Source: Dimorphilus gyrociliatus
Taxonomy: Eukaryota > Animalia > Annelida
NCBI GenBank assembly: GCA_904063045.1
Contig: CAJFCJ010000010.1
Coordinates: forward strand, 558,001-622,000
Direction: 5' to 3'
Length of the DNA: 64,000 nucleotides
The position numbers were made by a program, and so were the translations under genes. Numbering within the stretch: the first letter of the stretch is position 1; every line of letters starts with the position of its first letter. Of the stretch, positions 55,413 through 64,000 are shown piece after piece. Below the pieces are notes generated by a model. The model was not told the origin of the DNA. It ran no database searches and worked only from the letters and a program-made list of their open reading frames with translations.

Positions 55413-55556
55413 CGTTCTTGAAGCAGATTGTGCAGGTTCTCGTCGTCCTTATGAACTTCGGCACCAGTATGCATAGCAGCAGCTGCTTGACCCGTAGCTA
55501 CCGGGAAAAGTCTGGATCTCAGTTGTATCGCTTTGCGGAACATATCTTGCCATAGG
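55413..55556 (-). CDS. Alternative upstream otopetrin coding exon (144 nt, phase 2-2)
   Basis: Acceptor tacag|, donor CG|gtgagc. Open frame LWQDMFRKAIQLRSRLFPVATGQAAAAMHTGAEVHKDDENLHNLLQER. Phase matches the 51327 exon. Confidence 0.7.
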
Positions 55557-56419
55557 CTGTACGTAAATAATATAGATAATTAGCTCGGGAACATATAAAT
55601 TAATACCGTCTGAAGAATACATTATACTTCTACTTTTTCCTCAAGTTACCACTTCTAACTTTATTCTACATGCAATGGATTTTTCAATCAATGAATATTT
55701 TAAAGAGTTAAGGATTGAGATATACTGTACAACTCGTATAAGGAAGAGAGAAAGGAAAGTAAAACGTCCTATAGTATAAGTGAACGCCCACAGAAACAAT
55801 AGAGATTGACACGAAAATTGGCGAATGGTGAATCATCCTTTCTCGGTACCCATGACGCTGATTGACTGAATTGGGTGAAAATTGAATGATCCTTCAGGCG
55901 AAATTTGCGTAAAAACGAACTTCTCTTTTCCAATTCAGTATAAAAAGAGGGTTTTTAGATAAAAGTAATAGTCGATGTCATCTTCACTAAATGAGAAGAA
56001 CAAACTGCCTTTCAAATTATATAAAAGTAGCACATAAAAACCAGAAACAAGACGAAAAGTAAGGAAGGAAATAGGAAAGAGAAAAGAAAATTAAAAAGAA
56101 ATTCTAGTTTTTTTTCCATCTTAAGCCTATAGCTTGACACTCAATTATAATTGACATAATTATCTTTAAAATAGAATTTCTGGCATCTTTAAGTACGGAA
56201 TGAAGGAGATTTTTACTCATTCTCTCTTCCCTTTATTTATATATATACTGTATATATAATATATATTTATATTACACAATTTATTCGTGTTTAACAATGA
56301 TAAATGTTGAAATTAATCAAATTCTCCTTCTTGCGTGTGTTCAAAGTGATTTTTAATAAACTTTATTTCCGACCGATCAAGCAAGAACTATTAAGTCGTG
56401 ACGTCGGCTCTATTTTATT

Positions 56420-56432
56420 TGACCTTTGACCT
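56420..56432. promoter_or_regulatory. Perfect DR1 nuclear-receptor element (AGGTCA-A-AGGTCA on minus strand)
   Basis: Plus strand reads TGACCTTTGACCT, within a GC-richer non-coding island. Confidence 0.5.
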
Positions 56433-59400
56433 TCGTTAAGACGGTGAAACGCATCTAAATTTGCTAGCACAATCTCACTAATAAAAAAATGCCATTCGCA
56501 GCGTCGAATATTGTCAATAACGAGGACGGGGAGAAAACGGGAGTAAACAAGTCTCGTAAATTCGCTTTTGGAAGCTTCTCGCGGCATCTCTTTTGGGCCC
56601 GTTCGATCGAATTGATTGAAGAGTTTATACAAAAAACGGGAGAAGCTCTGCTACGCCGATCGAATGCCTAATTCTGAAACGACCTCGTTTTTCGACAATG
56701 ACGAATTGGCAGGGGCGTCTACACGATAAAACGCAGTCTTTCAATTAATTTCTATAAAAGACATATCCCAGTCTTGCGAAAAATCGATCTGGCTAATAAT
56801 CAAAAGCGTCATTTTTACTCATTATCGATTCACTGATGCAGAGAGGAGAGAGTTCCTTGCTCCCTCTTCCGAATGATGTTAAAAATGGATCATATACTTG
56901 TTAGACTTGTTTTTTTTTTCTATACAGCGGCGCCATCTAGCGGATAACTTACAAGAACGCCAAACGAAAGTACGATTGTTGAGGACGTTATTGGACGCTA
57001 CTCCGACAGTCTCTAACTTCGAGATCGTTATAGAGTACTTCCTACCTATCGGCAAGGAAAAATCATGTTCACCAGAATCGTGTAATAGTGCCTGTTAATC
57101 TGCAGTATGGCTTCAGGTAACACGATATTAGCGACGACCAGGTGTATACTTTACCATAAAAAATCTTTATCCCTTTACTTAATGAATAATTTAAGAAAAA
57201 AGACAATAGCGATAAAAAGCAAACGGATTCTTCATAAGAGAAGTAGCTGATAAAAAAAAAGTACGGAAACAGAAAGGACAAGAGTAGATAGATTTTAAGG
57301 AGCTTCCATACTCAACAAAAGAGGCTTTGGTGTTTGGAGACGCATTTTCTTTATATACTCAAGATGCGCATTCGAATCATGACCGGTTTTCTCTTTATAG
57401 GCCCATGCATAATGTATACTGTAGACTCAGAGAAAGGATGTATGTATATATTCATGCTATGTACGTTATCCCTGTAACACGTGTCATATGTTATATTACA
57501 GAAAGCAGAATAATGGGGTCATTTATTATTTTCTATACAATATTATTGTTTTTTTTTTCAACGAATGCAGACTGCGTTTTCATGTATACAAATACTATAC
57601 AGTGACGTGTACAGGCGCCCTGGGTTTTTGCGTACGCGGTATGCATTATTAGACGCCTTTAGTCTATTCAATCGACCGCGCGGGAGGTTTATGCGAGAGG
57701 GAACCCTTGGGGACAGTTGGCGGCATATTTTTTTACGATAAAACGAGCCAAAATAATCCATATGATCTTTAAAAAGGATTTTCTGTCTATCAAAAATAAA
57801 GATATACAAGTTAAAAGATATTAAAGGAAGAATGAAGCGAATAAGTCATACAATTGAAATCCTTAGTACCTTCCGGCTACAAGCTAACAAAAAACACAAG
57901 CTAATGACGTCGACCACCTCTAATGTTTGTCAAACGTCTTACGGTAAAGCCTTCGTCGCCTCTGTCAATATTATCGTATGACACCCTCCTTTATAAATTA
58001 ATTAATCCTTTTACAGTCCTTTACATTCTAAGCAGTGTAGCCCATATACTGTAATATATATATATATATACTTATATGCTGTATGCTGTGAAGTATGTAT
58101 ATATATATATATATATAAGAAACCAGACAGATGAATCATAGCGAACTGTATGCACAACGAGATAAGTGCAAAAACGTGACGACGTTTGTACGATTCACCT
58201 GTCGAGCACCGATGTAATATATGTGTATACAGCATATATATGTATATGTATATACATATAAATGTGTTTTTATGTCATAAAGAGAATATTATATACGACA
58301 TTCAGTATATTAAATATATAATATACTGCATAGTATACGCATTCATAATACACATTTGTTGTACATTGCTCTGCCCAGCTGGTATTTAACTTCCTCAACA
58401 AATTATCCCTTTTATTTCTTAACCACCTGTTTATTCTCGTAATATGTAAACGTTGAGAAGCACACATCGTATCGCCTTTAATCTCAGCGAGTAAACGTGA
58501 GTCTCGTAGCGATAAAAGAAAATGGCATAGACGCCGGAGCGTCTCTGAGGGAACGCTGCGCTCGCGAAGCATCAATTCACACGTATCGGCCTTGTCTTCA
58601 TTATTCACCGTTTCTGGCTTACAAATGGGAGAAATATTATCGCGATTTTCTAGTTATTTGAAAAGTTAACGAAATGGAGATAGAGACGTGTAGCGGAAGT
58701 ATACGTCATTCTTTATACGATATTCTTAGACAAGTATATCAAATTGTATGGCACTATTACTCGAATGTTCTTTTCTTGTATTTGCCAGATAATTTCCTCC
58801 AAGAGCGATAATAAGTTACTTAGTATTTTTTTTATAATTTCTGAATCTCAAATATACATATACCACTTACAAATTACTATTTTCTTCGGTCTAATGCACG
58901 CTTGTACGGTTCATTAAAGAGAGTTTACTTCTGCGCATGCGTATTGTCTCCAGTTATAATTGCTTATTGATTATCGCCTATCTATTCGGTAATATCTGTA
59001 GTCTTCTCGCCTAACCAACGCTTAATCAATAACGTTGGAAGCGAGACGCTTTTAGCAAAAAAGGAAACGCTCCGAGCACGTCGTCTTTCCATTCCGATAT
59101 GACGCTCTTACATTCCAGTGTTTTGCGGTCGGCGAAAAAAATTTCTCCCTTCCCTCTTCAAAAAAATCCTCCTTCTCAGATTTCCCAGTGGAAAGCGGCT
59201 TTTTGAAGGCAAAAGTTTGCCCGAATCTAAATAGAATTTACGACGACGTCCGTCGGTACTTTTAGGCTTAATGCTATACGCATTTGTATTGAGGTATTAC
59301 ATGGCATCACGTGACTTTTTGGCCTAAAGCTCTGGGTACAAATTGCATCGCTGCGTCGATTTGGAATACATATATATGAAGAAATATATATATATATATG

Positions 59401-62400
59401 TCTATATATATTTCATATTGAGTGCATTCCATCCCTATTTAATACATCAAATACAGGGAATGTACTTTGTACGGAAAAAATTATTTTCTTTCCTTTTAAG
59501 TCTATTTGCAGGGGCGTCGATTCAGGCGTTTAATAAAGAAAACGTTTGTCACCCATTCTTCCTGTCCGATCGAATCGGGTAGAGAAATTTCTAATAATAA
59601 AACCGGTATTTTTCTCGTCACCGTCGTATGACTTTTGTCAGACGATCAATAGGCGTTTTTTTTCGATGCCCTTTGTTTTCCACGCTTGCCACGATCAAAG
59701 TTGAAAAATTATTGGAAAGAAAAGGAACACTTCAAGATAATATGAGAGGGAAAGCACTTTTTCTGCTTTTTCTTTTTTTCCTTTTCTTTCTAATTTACTT
59801 TTTTTAAAGAGACCGTTACTTTTAGACGCCAATTTCAGAGTAGTTTAAAATAGACTTTGTCCGACAGAATACGGGTATATGTGGGAGGCAAAACATATCG
59901 ATTAAAAGAATTGATGTTGGGAAAATCGTAATCAAGACTATTATTCATGTCTCCACTGCTGGTCGGTAGGCAAACTCGGTCACCATAACGTCAATAAGGT
60001 TTTGACGCCCTTTCCATGGGAGAATGAGGAAAAGAGTAAGAGTAGGAATAAAAAATACACAAAGGCCTATAGTCAGGGCCCAATTAGATTATATAGCCGG
60101 AGCGTATTTAACGACGTCAAATCCCCAAACAGTCGTAAGATAGCGATCGCGACGTCGGAAATAAATCGATAGAAACTTTTACGTTCACATTACTTATTTT
60201 ACTTGATTTCGTTGGAAAGCGGCGGAGCATCTCCTCTCTCACCTCTATTTCTATTCTCCATATTTTTGTATATCCTTCCGGGAAAGGTGAATAGTTCGGC
60301 TCTTCTTTATATGCACTATGTACACTACAGTGCATATTCTTGTTTCTGCACGTATTGTATGCATTAGACGTCCGTTAACAATGGAGACGCCCAGTGCACC
60401 TGCAAAACTAGTTTTCAACCGCAGAATCAATGTATCGATCTCTTCATTCTCCTGTAGACTGCCCTTCGGTTTTTAGCAGTAGTGCAGATTTGTATTTGTT
60501 TACAATCATTTTTCAGCAGAGATTAGTTTGATTTAACTTTTTATCTTGGTCTATTAAGTATCAATGTGTAGTTTACTCTAGGCCTAAACACTTATTTGCA
60601 TTGTCACGCCTTTGCAGTATATAATGTATCTAATACTATAATGTATACATTATAGAACAGTGTATATGGATAAAATGTTCCGTATTCTGTATACAATGTT
60701 ATATACATGCAGTATATATGAGATTGCGCCCAATATGAAATTGTGTATTGTTAAAGTATTGCAGTTTTTTCTTTCACACAATTGTTGCAGTATTTTCTGT
60801 ATAATATCAGTTCCGAAATGGTTGAGTGATTGAAGAACGATGCGGGCGGCGAGCAACCCTTTCTACTGTACTGTTTCTTTTTTTTTTTAATTAACATCCG
60901 CCGCCCCTTTTAGGCCTAAGACAAGTATTTCTTCGTTCTAAACCTAATTAAAAAGAAATGCATTAATTCCTTCATTCCGTAAAAACGAATTTGAAGACAG
61001 ATTTTAATTTATAAATTCTCTTCTTACTGCAGCCTTCCGTTATATTCTATCTTTCCTCACTTTTTTCTTTTTTTTGCAGCGTCACTAGACTGTGGCGTTT
61101 CCTATTTCGTCCGAATTTTCCGCTCGATTTGTTTGTATAGTTGAAGCTAACGAGCACAGACGCGATTTTTCTTTCCACATAAACTACATAGAAGGTTATT
61201 TCATAAGAAGCACGTGACTATAATCATGTGACAAACGTACCCTCTCTTAGCCCGCAGGAGCATCATATGTGCTAGCCGAGACAAATCCGATTCATTATAA
61301 AAGAATAGTAAAAGAAAAGGCGACGAGTTGGACGAAGAAAGAATATAAGAGCACGAGGGGCGTGGGAAGGCGGGCGAGAGGGGGGGGGGAAGGAAAACAA
61401 TTCTTTTGTTTTCATCTTATTTCTTTCTTCGCTTTCCTCTTTCTTTCCTTTTTTTTAGGTTTCAATTCTACAAGTCTACTTTTAACCTCCACCTCAATTT
61501 TCATTCGCATAGCGCCTAGTTTTTCCTCTTTTTATATTTTTCCTTTCTGTATAGAGGCTCTTTTCATTGGTACTGAATTTTCATAATTATCATTTTGCTA
61601 TTTTCACCTTTTCATAAAACTATTTCCATTACAAAAGTAGAGCTAATGTATTAAGACTAAAAATGAAAAGTAAACATATGGACGTGACGCATGCGGTCAT
61701 TGATCTCTTTAAAATTAGTACCGTTTTCTTTAATGATGATAAATTAGCCCCACAAAAAAGGAGTAATGATTTTTTATTCAACTCTATGAAAAGGCAGGCT
61801 GGAATAGTTATTTTGCAGTGTATAACATTTAATATATAGAATCCATGAAGGTAATTAATACCGTATAAGTTGAGTACCAGTTGTAACATGCTCAGGGATT
61901 AATCAATAAATGTATACAGTCATTTTTTTGTGCCTTTTAAGCAAATGTTACAGGTTTAAATCTCATGCTTAATAGAGATGAAATAGTATCGGATTTAAGG
62001 ATTAAAGGGGGGAAGAAAAGGAAGAGGTCTTTTTAATGAATAAGTTATTTAATTAAGAATAACTAGTCTAATGATCGATTGTCGTTTCTCAAACAGTCTA
62101 AAACGGCCAACGTTATTAAAGAATATTCAATTATATACGGCACATCCCATTTCGAAACATTCTTGATCGATATCCAACGCCTTTCGCCGAGATAAGCGTC
62201 GCTCGGGCCGTCGTCCATCGTATCTCTTTATCGAAATCGATTTTTCCCCCTTATACGGTAAGCTAAACTTTTTCCTTTTCCATGTAATTTTGTTTTTTTT
62301 CTTATTATTATAATTCCAATAATTTTTCCGTTAGTTATTCATTTAGTTTATCTATTATTAATAATAGAAAATTTACAGTTCGTAACCCAGTCTTTAATTC

Positions 62401-64000
62401 AATGTTATTCTATTATTTGTTTATTTATTAACTCTTTCTTTGATACGAAGGTCTGCTTAATCAAACGTCAATCGCCTCCCTTCTTGCAGTCACGGCCGAC
62501 GGAGGAAATGAAAAGATCGATCGACGCGAATATAAATGGTACAGAAATTCTCCCCTTTCTCTTTTCGACAACTGCAATAGCGATGAGCAATATCGAATTA
62601 GGCTCGCGGCCATAACTCTCTACTTAATACTTTACATAATTCCGCTTGCCTACTGCAGAATTTGACGGAATATATATGCTTTATGTGAAAAAGCTTATAA
62701 AAACACATATAAAGCCTTTATATATTTTTTATACATAGTATATCCTGACATGGTATACTAATATGCATTCATATATAAATTATTCTTTTCCTTTCCTTTC
62801 TGTTCCCTCTTGCTTTCCCATTCATTTCTCTATCTCTAAGAAAACTTGGCTGTATAAAGCTCGAAATTACAGAATCAATACGAATTGCGTACCCGCTTCA
62901 CTATCCTGTCTACGCCTTTCTTTCTCACTCCTCTATCTTTCCCGCGTAAGTGCAAAAGGTCGTAGACGCTTTTTTCCAGTTTTCCAGTTCCTTAGATAAG
63001 ACGCTTATGTCAATAAAAAAAATGGTAAAAGTGGGGAGGAAATACCCGAAAATTTAAGTAAAAAAGGAATTCACCGAAAAGGAAACGACATTAAAAAGAA
63101 TCTTGGGAATTCTTTTTCTATATTTTCTATATGTCATATCTGTAATTATCCCTTGGAAGATTATAGGCCGAAGGTGATTAGTAGCTATCGGATTGCATAT
63201 ATTTGACAGGAATCCCACCATACGTCGGTCTAATAGGCCTATAATTGTACTAGAGTGACTCTATAAGAGTTACGATTCTGCTTTTTTTCATTGATGCTTT
63301 TCACAAACGTGACATTCTGTTGTTTCATAATTTACTTGTTGCCTTAAAGAAAACTTTCTTAAAGTAAAAGTCATAAAATGAGAAATAGGCCTATAAAAAT
63401 ATTTCCGTGCAATATTGTATTCACAATTGGAGTTAATTTCTTTTCCACTTTTTTCCATACAATGTAATTCAAAAAGTCACGTGATGTTTTAAATAAAATG
63501 TTAAAATTAAACAATACATGCAGGCGCACCAGCCGTTTATGTCCAACAGTTTTCATATAATACAATGCTGACGGAAAAGTCTTCATCAGAACACTTGCCC
63601 GCCAAATGATCGTCTAGACGCCGCAAATAATTAAATGTATAGGCAGACAAAGAGTTATGCAAACGATTCTCGATTATCGAAGCGTCTCTTTGTTTAAATA
63701 GGCATATAAGGCAGAATAACTATAAAAGACCCCTTTTTCCTCTTAATTCAAGAATAATGGAATAGGCGTGTAAAAATCTGGGATGACGATTTCGAAATAG
63801 ATGTTCGACGTTTTTTACATTGATCTGTATATAGGTCTATATGCATAAATTATAATATGAACTAGTCTATTTATGGAACAATTTATTGGGCGTCGTCAAA
63901 AATCGATGAAAGAAGCGCTGAAAAACAAGTCAATTAGGCCTAATTGTATAAACCGTACCCTCTTCGTACCAGAGATTACCATGGTAATAGGTAAAAACAA

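Noticed and set aside
56363-57281. Several 60-90 aa ORFs in GC-richer islands
   Set aside because: No frame-consistent ATG plus donor. They look like regulatory or UTR sequence.
58270-58608. 112-aa minus-strand ORF as a further otopetrin exon
   Set aside because: It starts at GTG, runs into TA-rich low-complexity sequence, and has only weak phase-2 donors (gtggtt, gtgtga). Possible but unsupported.
1-64000. tRNA, rRNA, spliceosomal snRNA, CRISPR arrays or intact transposases
   Set aside because: No T-loop (GTTCRANYC) cloverleaf, no U1/U2/U6 signature, no repeat-spacer array and no DDE or RT ORF found by eye. The remaining short ORFs are microsatellite- or AT-derived.

Overview
AT-rich (roughly 70% by eye) eukaryotic genomic DNA with dense genes and very short GT-AG introns (mostly 50-100 nt). 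It is animal-like and consistent with a compact lophotrochozoan genome such as a miniaturised annelid; that taxon call is inference. I reconstructed these spliced genes by hand: a Met-like bHLH-PAS factor (-), a TRMT9B-like methyltransferase (-), an SLC25A15-like ornithine carrier (+), an orphan mucin-like type I membrane protein (-), PDZD8 (-) with a claudin/PMP22-like gene nested antisense in one intron (+), UGDH (-) head-to-head with eIF2B-epsilon (+), and an otopetrin proton channel (-). There are also two small orphan ORFs near the left end. The otopetrin locus is the most unusual part. Several separate phase-2 N-terminal exons at 52-58 kb can each splice onto the same TM1 exon. Its UGA-C stop is followed by 69 further in-frame sense codons, a candidate for readthrough. 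Its upstream region carries 11 copies of (T)AGACGCC. Across the window, 15 copies of TATA-CTG/CAG-TATA look like Tc1/mariner excision footprints, and the palindrome TAGGCCTA occurs 10 times. I saw no tRNA, rRNA, CRISPR array or intact transposase.
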